This document shows positions 27,275 to 39,726 of a DNA stretch of 64,000 nt, one piece after another. A program made the translations under genes and the position numbers. Numbering within the stretch: the first letter of the stretch is position 1; each line of letters opens with the position of its first letter. Under the pieces are notes generated by a model, which saw nothing but the letters and a program-made list of their open reading frames with translations, had not been told where the DNA came from and did no database searches. Origin of the DNA: Eledone cirrhosa (Eukaryota); assembly GCA_964016885.1 (NCBI GenBank), contig OZ024740.1, forward strand, positions 76,880,001-76,944,000, written 5' to 3'.

Positions 27275-27360
27275 ACCTTCTGACGAGAGTCTTTCTTTTC
27301 AATGGAGGCCTGTAGGGACTATCCATTTATTTTTGAGACTCGAAACCGTACGGTAAAGGT
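27275..27360 (+). ncRNA. Type I hammerhead ribozyme
   Basis: ACCTT CTGACGA GAGTCT...AGACTC GAAA CCG TA CGG TA AAGGT. All three stems are intact; palindromic ACCGTACGGT; GUA triplet. Confidence 0.92.
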
Positions 27361-27535
27361 AACCATAGCAGGTACAGTGAATTTTTTAAAATTTATTTTA
27401 AAACTGTTTCTTATTTGCTAAACCTAGATTATATATATTCTGGCTCGTTAATTTATTAACCTGCCATAGAACCACATTGGCATATGGTTGGATAATACAT
27501 GTGTCCCTATATGTTTTTTGCATATAGGGATATAT

Positions 27536-27656
<121 letters not shown>

Positions 27657-27835
27657 AGGGTTCAATTGGGGGTAATAGTAAGTAAGGTACTCAATAAATA
27701 GTGAAGTATATACAATATTTAATATAGAAATGGCTTCTACAGGTCTGGAACTGTTTCATTCCAAGGAAATGATCAGGAGAGCCCTGTTGATTTACTTCCT
27801 GTAGAACCCATTTCCATATATATATATATATATAT

Positions 27836-28390
27836 CATCATCATCGTTTAACATCCATCTTCTACGTTAGCATGTGTTAGACGGTTTTGTTCCATTTGAT
27901 GCGGTATTGGACGAGAGACTGTCTCGCTTGTACAGAAGTGTCTCTTGAAGGTTTTCTACATCTGAATGCCCTTCCTAACACCAACCACTTTTACAGTGTG
28001 GACTGGGAGCCTTTTTACCGTGCCTCCTACACGACCACTTTAGAGTGCTTTTTGTTGTGTCACCGACACAGTAGACGGAAATGGGAGGATGGGGTAGGAT
28101 GTGTGGGTGGGGTGTATATTGGGTTAAGAGGTGCCTACGGACTGTAGGTTTTTATGCAAGGCGCCAAAGATCTCGATCCAGTGACATTGTCTTAGAGAGG
28201 TGTAAGTGAGCAAGGTCAGTTATTATCACCTCGTCCCAGGTTTTTCTTGGTCTACCCACTCCGTAGCTTCCATCAATTTTCATTGCTCTGCTCTTTTTTA
28301 TACAGCTGTCGTCCTTCATACGCATCACATGACCATACCAACACAATCTCCTCTCCAGAACACAACATGTGATACCTCTTATACTTACTC
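27836..28390 (-). mobile_element. 3' fragment of an RTE-clade LINE with (CAT)n end
   Basis: RRLCWYGHVMRMKDDSCIKK...GRPRKTW...DRDLWR is a typical RTE C-terminus. The plus strand begins CATCATCATCGTTTAAC. Confidence 0.8.
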
Positions 28391-28448
28391 TCTCTCTCTC
28401 TCTCAATTATATATATATATATTTAATATCGAAATGTGTTCTACACAC

Positions 28449-28554
<106 letters not shown>

Positions 28555-29277
28555 ATATGCAGGCAGACGACCAATAAGGGTATTGTATCCATCACACTAA
28601 GTTGCTAATCTGGAAGCATATATATAAATTGTAAGAAATTATTCATCATTCATACATCTCTACGAAAATAGTGAAGTAGGTCATATATTATATATATATA
28701 TTGTTATACTTGGGGAGGGTCATATTTGTGTAATATTGCCAGAATTAATAACAGAACACACTCACTGTTTGGTTGGTTTTCGCTTTTCGCTTCTGTGTCT
28801 TTTATATCGGTAATCTAATTTATTCGGTCCTCAATGTTGCCATTGACTGACCAACGGTCAAAACTAATACAGATACAATATAAACACAAACACAGATATA
28901 TAGTTTATCAAAGTTCTTTCGTTGCACATCTGCAACATCGTCAGTGGTGCTATAGATTCCTCCCGTTGCGTTGTATTTCTACGCCATCTTTATTTAGTCT
29001 GTTTATATATTTATTTATTTATTTGTTTGTTTGTTTATTTTATTTAGTCTTCTTTGTGCATGCGTTTGCGTGTGTGTATAGTGTTTTGTTTGATGTGTGT
29101 TCGTGATTGGGTGACTGTGTATTGGTTAATGTATTCTATGTTTACTAGTGTGTGTTTATATGTGTTTGTTGTTATTGTGCTTGTGTGTGTATTTATTTAT
29201 TTATTTATTTATCTATTTATTTATTTATTTATACTTCTATACTTTTATACTAGAATTCTGTAAGAATATAACATCAG

Positions 29278-29374
29278 TAATCTCAGTAGACAGGAGGGGT
29301 AGTTAGCCTTGATAAGCTTCAACAAAAGCGAAACAAGGCCCTTGTCGGCTTATCTCCCCTGTTTGCTGAGATTA
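29278..29374 (+). ncRNA. Extended type I hammerhead with compensatory U3-A8 core
   Basis: AGCC TTGATAA GCTT CAACAA AAGC GAAA CAAG GCC CTTG TC GGCT. Outer stem TAATCTCAGTAGACAGG / CCTGTTTGCTGAGATTA (17 bp, two G-U pairs). Confidence 0.85.
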
Positions 29375-29505
29375 AAGTAAGTGAATTCGTCACTACTCTA
29401 AAACAATAGCATACGGTCTTCAAAATGCTTTTAATTAAGCATAAAGTGTATTGCAAAATACATTATATATACATCCATATATATATTGCTATTTCAGAGC
29501 TCTAA

Positions 29506-29914
<409 letters not shown>

Positions 29915-29995
29915 ATATACATATATATATACATATATATATATATGTATGTATATATATATGTATATATATATATATGTATATATATGTGTGTG

Positions 29996-30059
<64 letters not shown>

Positions 30060-30063
<4 letters not shown>

Positions 30064-30202
30064 GAAGGAAGTGTGGTAGGGAACCAGGTAGACCATAACG
30101 CACCAGAGTACTCGATACTTTTGGTAGTAGAGTGGGTCATGGGAAAAAGGTCAGGATCCCGACGGCAGAGCTCAAGCCGTTTCGACGGCTATTTTTGGAC
30201 TC
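30060..30202 (-). mobile_element. Penelope-like 3' end (family of 46176-47828)
   Basis: AACGAAGGAAGTGTGGTAGGGAACCAGGTAGACCATAACGCACCAGAGTACTCGATAC...CCCGACGGCAGAGCTCAAGCCGTTTCGACGGCTA, embedded in (TA)n. Confidence 0.75.
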
Positions 30203-30387
30203 ATGTATATATATATATATAGTTAATACATTAACAGAGAAAGCTTTAAGCAATACTCCGACCGACTTCCGTCTCACTCAACAAACATTAGGATATACCT
30301 TAGTATAATCCCAATTATACGTTTGGGGTGCTAACTATACGTATTTTGCGGATAGCCAATTGTATTATTTTATGAGACATAATTAAA

Positions 30388-30482
<95 letters not shown>

Positions 30483-30494
30483 ATCATAATAATA

Positions 30495-30665
30495 ATGATT
30501 TCTACAATAGACAAGGCACAAGGCCAGCAATTTTGGGGGAGGGGAAAGTCGAATAAATTGACCCCAGTGTATTACCGGTGCTTTATTGTATCGACCCCGT
30601 AAGGATGAAAGGCAAAGCTAACCTCAGCGGGATTTGAACTCAGATCGTAAAGGGCCGTAACTCTA
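30495..30665 (-). mobile_element. Deu/Nin-type SINE
   Basis: Family motifs GGCACAAGGCCAGC, ATCGACCCCGTAAGGATGAAAGGCAAAG and GGATTTGAACTCAG. Confidence 0.85.
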
Positions 30666-31016
30666 TACCCACAGTATATTATCCGACATCAAAGTTGTAG
30701 TTGCAGTAATGCAAATACCAATTGAAAGTAAAGCAACACTAGCAGATATACCATCTCTAAGACCTATTCTAGAGTAGACTTTGTAACCTTAGGTTGCATG
30801 CAGCTTGTTGAGAAGTAGAAATGTACAGAAATGTATTTAAAGAATCTCTTTTCCTTTAATCCAGTAAAACAAATTTCATATTTTGTATATCAGTAAATTT
30901 AAATTTTATCAAACATTTTACTGGACATATCCAAAGCATCTGCCCTGAATTGTGAGCTTTGAAATCACATAATAGTTACATGAATTACTGCAATGTTAGC
31001 AATAGTAAAAAGAGGC

Positions 31017-31048
<32 letters not shown>

Positions 31049-31205
31049 AACGATGGTTATAATGATGATGACGATGATATGGGCAGAGATGACGATAACG
31101 ATGAGGTTGGTGATGATGATGATGACGATGATGATGACGATGACGAAAACGATAAGGTTTGTGATGATGATGATGATGACAATATTAATGAAAATAACAA
31201 TAATA
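31017..31205. repeat. Degenerate (GAT)n microsatellite
   Basis: Directly visible. Confidence 0.9.
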
Positions 31206-32692
31206 AGGCGGATTAGGAGTAAAGAAAAGGCGGCATCAGCGCACCAACACCAAACGTAACCTGGCTACCTGTATTACTGTTAATGGTATGAATGTCAAAT
31301 ATCTGTAAATATTTTTTTAATAAACACATGTGAGAAATACAAATGTGTTCGGTACCCCAATATACAGCAAATATATATACATACAAATGTGTTGTGTAGA
31401 AAGACGAATTTGAAACGATGATACGTATAATTTCTGATTAGATATAACTTGTTTAGGCAACTGTCGTTTTAGATATATAGCGGAAACAGAACTAAATACA
31501 ACCTACAAGTTAATGTAGTGTAATATATTTAGTAACAATGAAAGTCTAGTAGTTTTTGCGATGTAATATTTTGGGAGTTAAACTATTAAGATAGTATTTG
31601 AGAAATATCATCGAGAAGTATATAAAACTATGTTTACAACAGAAAGTAAGCCAAGAAAAAAATTACAAATGTAAGCTTTTATGTTTGTAGTCTTTTTTTA
31701 AAGAAATAGCAGAAAATAACAAGAGTTGAACGCAAATAGTTTTTGTGGAATGCGTATAAAGGAAAATAATTTTCAGGAGCGTAAGAAATTATAACAAAGA
31801 AGCTTTAGAGAAGGCATAAAATAAGCACTTATTGTTGCAGAAAATGTATAGTTAAAGTATTGGACATAATAGTACATTGCGTAAAAATTGAAGGAAAATA
31901 ATTCGATTTGCTCAAAACGTGAAATAGACATGAAAAATCCAACCTTTTAGTTTGAACTTTTTTTTCCATAGCAAGTGAATACATATTATCTAACTCACCA
32001 TAGGTTATATACATTATGGAATTATAATATACGTTATGGAATTCTATACAACTTGTTACAAATCCTAAAGACACCATACCGATTGAACTAAAGCATTGAG
32101 ATCCTAACCAAGTTGGGTGTTACTCAGTTTCGCTGTCATCAAAAGCACACATGCTCTCAGTTTTTCCTTTTATAGATATCAGTAGAATTTTTACATAAAT
32201 CATTAAATGATGTACCTTTGACAAAATATAATATACATATATTACGTAACCTAAAAATCATGACGCAACACTCCAGAGAACATATAAATGGACTAATTCA
32301 TTCGTTCTACATAAGAATTTTATATTTAGTCTTGTTGTGAAGTAATTTTGGGCGTTTTAACCAAATATTGATTTCTTGCCAGAACAACACTACGGAATTA
32401 TTTCATCTGGTATTTGACTAATGCATAAACAGTCTAACAGTGTACTTGTAATTCTAACAACAGTGAAGATCGAAATTGTGATCATTCAGGTGCTGGAAAG
32501 GTACTTACGGATGGAATCTTATCTGCCTAGGAGCATTTATCACATTTATTTTAGAGCAGAACTAAAAGTAGTTTCTTCATAACAATGTTTTACATAATTT
32601 TTGTTTTTTATCCTAGATACCGACATAAGAAGTGAATAAGCATGCCGTGGAAGACGTAACGAAATATTCTTGTATCAATATATATATATATC

Positions 32693-32804
<112 letters not shown>

Positions 32805-32891
32805 TTTTGCCTAGAATAAGTAAAGTCACTACTTTAAAACTCATAGCGAATGGTCTTCAAAATGTTTTTAATTAAACATACAGTATATTGC

Positions 32892-33019
<128 letters not shown>

Positions 33020-33020
33020 A

Positions 33021-33181
33021 ACTGCATTTATCTTGCTTTATGTTCATACGAGTTATCACCAAGTCACAACCAGTGACCTTAAGAGACAACAAGGTCCGCC
33101 ATGTTCAAGAAAGAACATACAGACACACACGTGCATCTTTAGTGTTTAGACTTGTGATGTACTTATATTGACAGAATCTTC

Positions 33182-33183
<2 letters not shown>
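33021..33183 (-). mobile_element. Extremely 5'-truncated Dong/R4 copy (last codons plus 3' UTR)
   Basis: Near-identical to 33229-33390, including RKILSI*. Bounded by (TAA)n on both sides. Confidence 0.88.
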
Positions 33184-33228
<45 letters not shown>

Positions 33229-33229
<1 letters not shown>

Positions 33230-35861
33230 TGCATTTATCTTGCTTTATGTTTATACGAGTTATCACCAAGTCACAACCAGTGACCTCAAGAGACAACAAG
33301 GTCCGCCATGTTCAAGAAAGGACACACATATTCACACATGCATCCTTAGTGTTTAGACTTGTGATGTACTTATATTGACAGGATCTTCCTTAGTATATGG
33401 GCAGTTCCCATTAGTACTATCTTTTGTATTTCTCCTATACGCGGGTTTCCTGGGATTTGCGATAAGTAGTCGTTAGACCCCTTAGGTATCATTCCCAGAG
33501 CGCCTACAACCACTGGTATTGTTTTAGTTCTCAATTTCCACATTTTTCCAATTTCTATCTCCAGGTCCTTATACTTGCTCAATTTTTCAAATGTTTTTAT
33601 AGATACATTCTTGTCTATTGGAATGGACATATCAATTAGCAGGCATACCCTCCTTTGAAAGTCCTTCAATATTATATCAGGTCTATTTGCATCTATTTTT
33701 CGGTCTGTTTGGATGCTAAAGTTCCACAAGATTGAGATGTGATCTTTTTCAAATATGGGAGGTGGTTGATGCTCCCACCAATTCTTTTGATGGGGCAGGT
33801 CAAAATGCTTACACATTATCCAATGTATGTATTGTGCAGCTCTGTCATGCCTGTTTAGGTATTCGGTTGGAGCTATAGGACTGCACATTGAAATTATATG
33901 GTCAATGGTCTCTGGTTGTTTTTTGCATACACGGCATAATGGGCTGCACCCATTTTTTATTATGTTGGCTTGGTAATTTTTTGTTGGCAGACACTGATCT
34001 TGTGCGGATATAATCAGTCCTTCAGTCTCCGATTTCAGTCCAGAGGATGCCAACCACTGATGGGTTAAAGTTTTGTCAACATCAGGATTGTTAGCTCGCT
34101 CTGGGTATTTTCCATACAGAGGCTTTTCTTGCCATTTCTTAGCCAGTTTCTGTAGCAGTTCTTTCTTTGCAGTTACTTTTACCTGCTTTGCTTTTTCTGT
34201 GTTTTCCATTTCAGCAGTAAATGGGACTTCTGAAATTTGTAGTCCATTACTGTATCTTTGTGCATCTCTTGTAATGGAATATGATCTTTTGGTGCTTTCG
34301 TATTTCAAAACGAGTTTGATCATCCAATCATGTGATTCCCTTAGATATGTGGATAATCCAATTGTTGCAGTTTTCAACGCAATGTCTAACTGGATTAACC
34401 CACGTCCTCCTTCTTTCCTAGGGAGATATATTCTATCTATGTCTGCCTTAGGGTGATGCATTCTGTGCATGGTTAAGAATTTTCGGATTTTTGTATCGAG
34501 CCTACGGATCTCTGTGCTTGACCAGTTGATGACATTGTAACTGTAGGTTACTACTGGTATGGCAAGCGTGTTTATGGCATCGATCCTATTCCTTGCATTC
34601 AATTCCGTTCTTAAGATTGCTCTGACTCTGCGGTAACATTCTTTCCTTATCCTTTCCCTCATTGTCGAGTGCTTGATTCCGTCTCCTTCACAAACACCTA
34701 GATATTTGTAAGTTTGTTCTTGATCAAGCTCTCTTATCACGTTCCCCCGATCAAGATTAATGTCTGAACTCTTCAGCAGCTTTCCTCTGGTGAACGTTGC
34801 TTTGGCGCATTTATCCAGTCCAAACTCCATTTTAATGTCATCACTGAACTGCTTCACAGTGGATAATAGCCCTTGCAATTGTTCATCATTTTTTGCAAAT
34901 AGTTTCAGGTCATCCATGTAGAACAGGTGATTAATGGTTTTGTCATAGACTCTATATCCATGTTTTGTTTCATTGAGCATTTTACTTAATGGTATAAGTG
35001 TGATGCAGAATAAAAGCGGTGATAAAGAGTCACCCTGAAAAATTCCACAATTAATGTTAACTTCTCCAGCTTCCAGTGATTTTGTTTCACTATTCAAAAG
35101 GAGTGTCGTTCTCCATGTCCTCATACTGAATGACAAAAACCTCCTGATAACGGGGGATATTTTGAAAATCTCTAAACATTTTTCAATCCAACTGTGTGGC
35201 AAACTATCAAATGCTTTTTTATAATCTATCCAAGCAATCGATAGATTTTTGTGTCTATTATGACAATCTTCCAGTATCATTTTGTTAACCAGAAGCTGAT
35301 CCTTACAGCCATATGAGCCTCGTTTACACCCTTTCTTCTCAATGGGAAATAGGTCATTTGTTATCAGGTGGTCATATGTGTATTCAGTTAGAACTGATGT
35401 TAAAATTTTATACATTGTGGTCAAGCAGGTTATCGGTCTGTAATTTTTGGGATTGTTTGTCTCATCATTCTTCGGTAGCAGGAATGTAATGCCGTTAACT
35501 AGCCATGATGGTATCTTTTCTGGCTCCTTAACTATTTCATTGTAAAGTTGGGCTAACAGCTCATGAGACTCTGTGAAGGCATTTATCCAAAAGTTTTGTA
35601 TTTTGTCTTTTCCTGGGGATTTCCATTTGCTGGTTTTTCTTAGAGCCAAGCGCAGCTGTTCAACTGTTATATTTTCCCATGTTTGTTCTTCAAGGTGAGC
35701 TGTTTCTTTCATTTGTCTGTCTATCCATGGGGCATGTATGTTATGAACTTTTTCTTCGGCCCAGATCTTTTCCCAGAATTCTTGCACTTCCTCCTTGGGT
35801 GGTATTGATTTAGCAGTTATTGTTGACTTACCAATTTTTCTGTAGAAGTTTCTTCTTCTTC

Positions 35862-35862
<1 letters not shown>
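33229..35862 (-). mobile_element. Dong-like (R4 clade) non-LTR retrotransposon, 5'-truncated, inserted in (TAA)n
   Basis: (TAT)n tracts at 33186-33229 and 35863-35938 flank an RT-CCHC-RLE ORF. TAA-repeat targeting is the known Dong behaviour. Confidence 0.92.
33370..35853 (-). CDS. Reverse transcriptase - CCHC - restriction-like endonuclease polyprotein (N-truncated, uninterrupted 828 codons)
   Basis: SPGKD, NYRPITCL, WIDYKKAFDS, GIFQGDSLSPLLF, HLFYMDD, CRVC..H..C, RHD, NRPDIILKD, IDMSIP, KLSKY. The listed Met/poly-Ile start is a microsatellite artefact. Confidence 0.93.
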   Translation of the reverse strand, partial: RNFYRKIGKSTITAKSIPPKEEVQEFWEKIWAEEKVHNIHAPWIDRQMKETAHLEEQTWENITVEQLRLALRKTSKWKSPGKDKIQNFWINAFTESHELLAQLYNEIVKEPEKIPSWLVNGITFLLPKNDETNNPKNYRPITCLTTMYKILTSVLTEYTYDHLITNDLFPIEKKGCKRGSYGCKDQLLVNKMILEDCHNRHKNLSIAWIDYKKAFDSLPHSWIEKCLEIFKISPVIRRFLSFSMRTWRTTLLLNSETKSLEAGEVNINCGIFQGDSLSPLLFCITLIPLSKMLNETKHGYRVYDKTINHLFYMDDLKLFAKNDEQLQGLLSTVKQFSDDIKMEFGLDKCAKATFTRGKLLKSSDINLDRGNVIRELDQEQTYKYLGVCEGDGIKHSTMRERIRKECYRRVRAILRTELNARNRIDAINTLAIPVVTYSYNVINWSSTEIRRLDTKIRKFLTMHRMHHPKADIDRIYLPRKEGGRGLIQLDIALKTATIGLSTYLRESHDWMIKLVLKYESTKRSYSITRDAQRYSNGLQISEVPFTAEMENTEKAKQVKVTAKKELLQKLAKKWQEKPLYGKYPERANNPDVDKTLTHQWLASSGLKSETEGLIISAQDQCLPTKNYQANIIKNGCSPLCRVCKKQPETIDHIISMCSPIAPTEYLNRHDRAAQYIHWIMCKHFDLPHQKNWWEHQPPPIFEKDHISILWNFSIQTDRKIDANRPDIILKDFQRRVCLLIDMSIPIDKNVSIKTFEKLSKYKDLEIEIGKMWKLRTKTIPVVVGALGMIPKGSNDYLSQIPGNPRIGEIQKIVLMGTAHILRKILSI

Positions 35863-35938
<76 letters not shown>

Positions 35939-36015
35939 GTTCTTTGAGTCTCAGTCATTAATGTTAGTTAACTGGAAAGTTTGTTGAAATCAATATCAAG
36001 CCACTAACTGCAGCC

Positions 36016-39000
36016 TCAGATATTTAGGACGTATCGGAGAGTTCTTGCTGTTCCCAGCAAGCATGCCTTTTGAAGCGTTCCAAAAAGCGTGAAGGGGCCA
36101 ATTTTCTTTAACCATCCCTGGAAACTTTTTGAGATAGTCCCTAGTGCGCCTATGACAATCGGGATCACTTTGACTTCATGGCAGTTCCAAATCCTTTTTA
36201 CCTCCCACTTTAAGTCCTGGTATCGGTTAATTTTCTCCCTCTCCTTCTCTTGCACTCTCGTGTCGAATGGGCAGGTCACAACCACAATCAGGCACGATCT
36301 TTTTTCTTTGTCCAAAACCACCAGGTGAGGTCTATTGTGTTCCAGTTTCTTGTCCGTCTGTATCCTAAAATCCCACAACACCTTCACCTGATCGTTTTCT
36401 ATCACCGACTCTAGCTTATGCTCATACCACTTCTCAGAATGTGGTAAATTGTTTACTTTGCATAGGCGCCAGTGGATCACTCTGCCCATCACATCATGTC
36501 TCCAGCACTTATAGTGAGTCTGGGCTAGGTGTTTACACTCGGATACAATGTGAGCCACAGTCTCCTCTCTCTCTCCACAGATCCTGCACAGTGGGCTAGC
36601 CTCCTCCTTGTAAATGTGGTGTTTCAACCACTTCGTTTTGAGGGCCTGCTCCTGCGCAGCCATTAACATTCCTTCTGTAGCCTTTTTAAGGTCTCCTCTT
36701 TTCAACCAGTTCCATGTCTGTGGATCTCTAAATTCAGTTCTCTCAAAGAAGGTACTATGAAGGGATTTTTCCTGAAGGCTGCTCTTTCTCCTTGATGTTA
36801 TTTCCTCCTTAGACATCCCCTGGCCTATTGTACCCTCCTTCAGTACAGTTCTGAGCATTGGCTCCTTACTATCAGTCACGTATTTGTGTAGGTTGTTTTT
36901 CTCCATCTGAACACAGTCCTCTATGCTGATAAGACCTCTTCCACCCTCAGATCTCCTTGAGTAGAGTCTATCGACATCACTCCTCTTGTGGAACATGTTG
37001 TAGATAGTCAATAGCTTCCTAGTCTTCCTATCCATTTCTTTTTGTTCAGTAACATTCCATCTCAGAATTCCCGCACTGTACCTAATAATAGACACAGCTC
37101 GGGAATTTACTGCACTTATGGCATTCCTACTGTTCAGATGTGACTTTAATACGCTCCTTACTCTCCGAATGTATTCAGATCTTATCAATTCCTTCATTTT
37201 TTTGTTCTTGATGTCATCAGCCTCCAGAACGCCCAAATACTTGTATCCTTCCTCAGAGTCAATTTCCTTTATCATCTCACCTGTTGGTATCTGGATTTCG
37301 TTACTTCTGCTCAACTTACCCCTCCTCATCACAATGACTCCACACTTACTAATACCAAATTGCATACATATATCATTGCTGAAAATACGGACAGTGTCAA
37401 CAAGCACATCCAACTCCTTCTCACTCTTCCCGAAGAGCTTAAGATCGTCCATGAAGAGGAGGTGATTGATGGTAAGCCCTCCCTTTCCCAACCTGTATCC
37501 TGCAAGGACAAACAACAGAGGGGACAGACTATCTCCCTGGAAGATACCTCTCTTGATCTTCACGCTTACCAAGGATTCTCCAGTTGATGTTAACTCTGTT
37601 TCCGAGGACTTCATACTTTTGCCCAACAACTGTCTGATGTTATCTGCCACCTTGAAGATCTCCAGGCTTTTGGTGATCCAAGAATGAGGCACCATGTCAA
37701 ATGCCTTTTTGTAGTCTATCCATCCTATGGCAAGACCAGTGTGTCTCCTCTTGCAATTCCTCATTACCATCTTATCAATAAGTAACTGGTCCTTTGTACC
37801 ACGTGATTTCTTTCGGCATCCTTTCTGTTCGTCCGGTAACAAGTTGTTTGTGTGGAGGTGATGGTAGATTTCCTCAGACATAATGCTTGTCAACAGTTTC
37901 CTCATTACGGACAGACATATGATAGGTCTATAGTTGGTAACATCATTACCCTTGATTCGGTCTTTCATTATCAGAACTGTAGTACCTTTTGTCAACCACT
38001 CTGGTACCTCACCTGACATCAAGCAGTCATTGAACATGGTTGTCAGTTTCGGGTGGAGGGATGTTATATTTTTAATCCAATACCCCTGCACACCATCTGG
38101 GCCTGGTGATTTCCAGTTAGTTAGTTTTTTGGCCTGCCCCTTAAGAGTTTCAACTGTGATACTCAAATCAGTTTGTTGGTGTGCCTGTTCACTGATCTCC
38201 TTCTGTACTGTCTCAATCCACACTGCCTGGTCATTATGTTTAACATCCTGCTCCCATATTCCTCTCCAGAATGTTTTAGTTTGTTCCGCCTCAGGGATCA
38301 AGTCGTTGCCTCTTTCTTTCCCTTCAAGCTGTCCAAACAACATCTTCTGATTGTTGTCGAACATGCGGTTCTGTCTATACTGACTGACTCTGTTCTCGTA
38401 TCGCCTGATTTTTGCACTCTTTGCTAGAATGCGTTGCTTCAGTTCCTCTATGATAATATTTAGCTTTTTCCTCCTAGTTTTGTACTTTATTTCCAGTCTA
38501 TTTTTAGTGTCTATGTTTTTTAGTGTCCCATTCAGTAGGGACTCAAGCTTTCCAATGTCATTTCTCATTTCCCTGATTTGACCACTCAGTCGTTTCTTCT
38601 ACCAAGGCTCTGCTCTTTCTTGTCTGTTTTTTCCTCTCGCTTTTATACCAAGTAGTTTCCTCACCGTATTTGCTGTTGCTTTGAGGATATTGTTGCACTG
38701 GTGAAGGCTCCTCGCATCAAGGTATGGGATGACTTTGTTTACGTTAGCTGTTGTTTCTTTTAACTTGTTCCTATCTACAAATCTTAGGTTCATAGGTCTC
38801 CCACTATCATTGTTCAATTCATCTACCACTAAGTTTAGGATATCAACCAAATCTTGTCCTAGCCCGTCAGCACTCATCTCCTCAGTGGCCGTATCTCTGT
38901 TCCAGGTACTATTTATCTCAGCATTCAGATCATTGTCTGCTTCGGGTGGTTCCTCCGTTCTCTCGACCTCTTCACCTTCATTTCCCACTGGCTCGTTTGC

Positions 39001-39402
39001 CTGGCATACTCCACTCTCCATCTCCAAGCTAATCTCTCTGCTCAGTTCCTCCAGTTCCAGCTCGCTTATCCACCCATTAGTTCTTATTACCCGAGCCTGC
39101 CCGGTCAAATTTTGTTCATCTAATTTAAATAGACCAATCGCGTTCCAGATGTTATGCATCCGTTTCCTATAGCCTTTCTCCTTGGGGTTACTCTTCAGGT
39201 AACATTGCATAACAGTTCTATTCAATTCTTTCGTCCAGTTAGTTCTGGTCCCTTTCCTTTTTCTTCTTCCTCCGACACCAGCAGTATTTGGTTGACAGCC
39301 AGGTCCCTGCTGCTGAGCCAGGGAGCACCTGTTGGGTGAGAGTCTGTCACATGACATTCTAGTCTCCATTTCACCGTTATTCGAACTGTTTGGGTTCGAC
39401 AT
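36016..39402 (-). pseudogene. Near-full-length R4-clade RT-RLE ORF (second family) with one nonsense codon
   Basis: ORFs 38599-39402 and 36016-38568 are in frame, separated only by TAG at 38599-38601 (EPW*KKRL). Motifs HLLFMDD, CRIC..H..C and RHD. Apparent in-frame deletion after SPLLFVLA; RLE PD motif changed to PH. The 3' UTR ends in (TAA)n. Confidence 0.92.
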
Positions 39403-39726
39403 TTAAACACTCTTATCGAGGATTGGCGAATGTATGGTTACATAACCACCGGTGAATTCATCGTCTCCGGTGGTTTCGTCACTCCACGTGACTTTTGTGT
39501 GGCATTATCACGCTGTAGACGAACACAAATAAACAAACAAACAAACAGGCAGAAAAAACCCCAAAAATGAATAAGCATAAGTTTCATCGTAATGTAGTGT
39601 TTGAATGTCTGACTTAGTTTTTCCCTTCCCTTCTCTGTCCGTCTGTTTGTTTTTCTATTCATTCTTATTTTCTTTACGTTTTTCGTTGTTGCTGTGCTGC
39701 TTTGATTTTGATTTTTGTTTTTTTGA

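Noticed and set aside
30959-31259. Poly-Asp / poly-Met ORFs
   Set aside because: Artefacts of the (GAT)n microsatellite.
32455-32535. Candidate micro-exons with AG..GT boundaries
   Set aside because: Splice-like dinucleotides occur on both strands with no recognisable peptide; not supportable without transcript data.
35854-35958. N-terminal MTETQRT-poly-Ile extension of the 862-aa ORF
   Set aside because: Derived from the neighbouring element's 3' UTR and the (TAA)n target tract, not from the retrotransposon protein.
34073-39339. Plus-strand ORFs opposite the R4 elements (and minus-strand ORFs opposite the hAT transposase)
   Set aside because: Antisense shadows of real coding frames.
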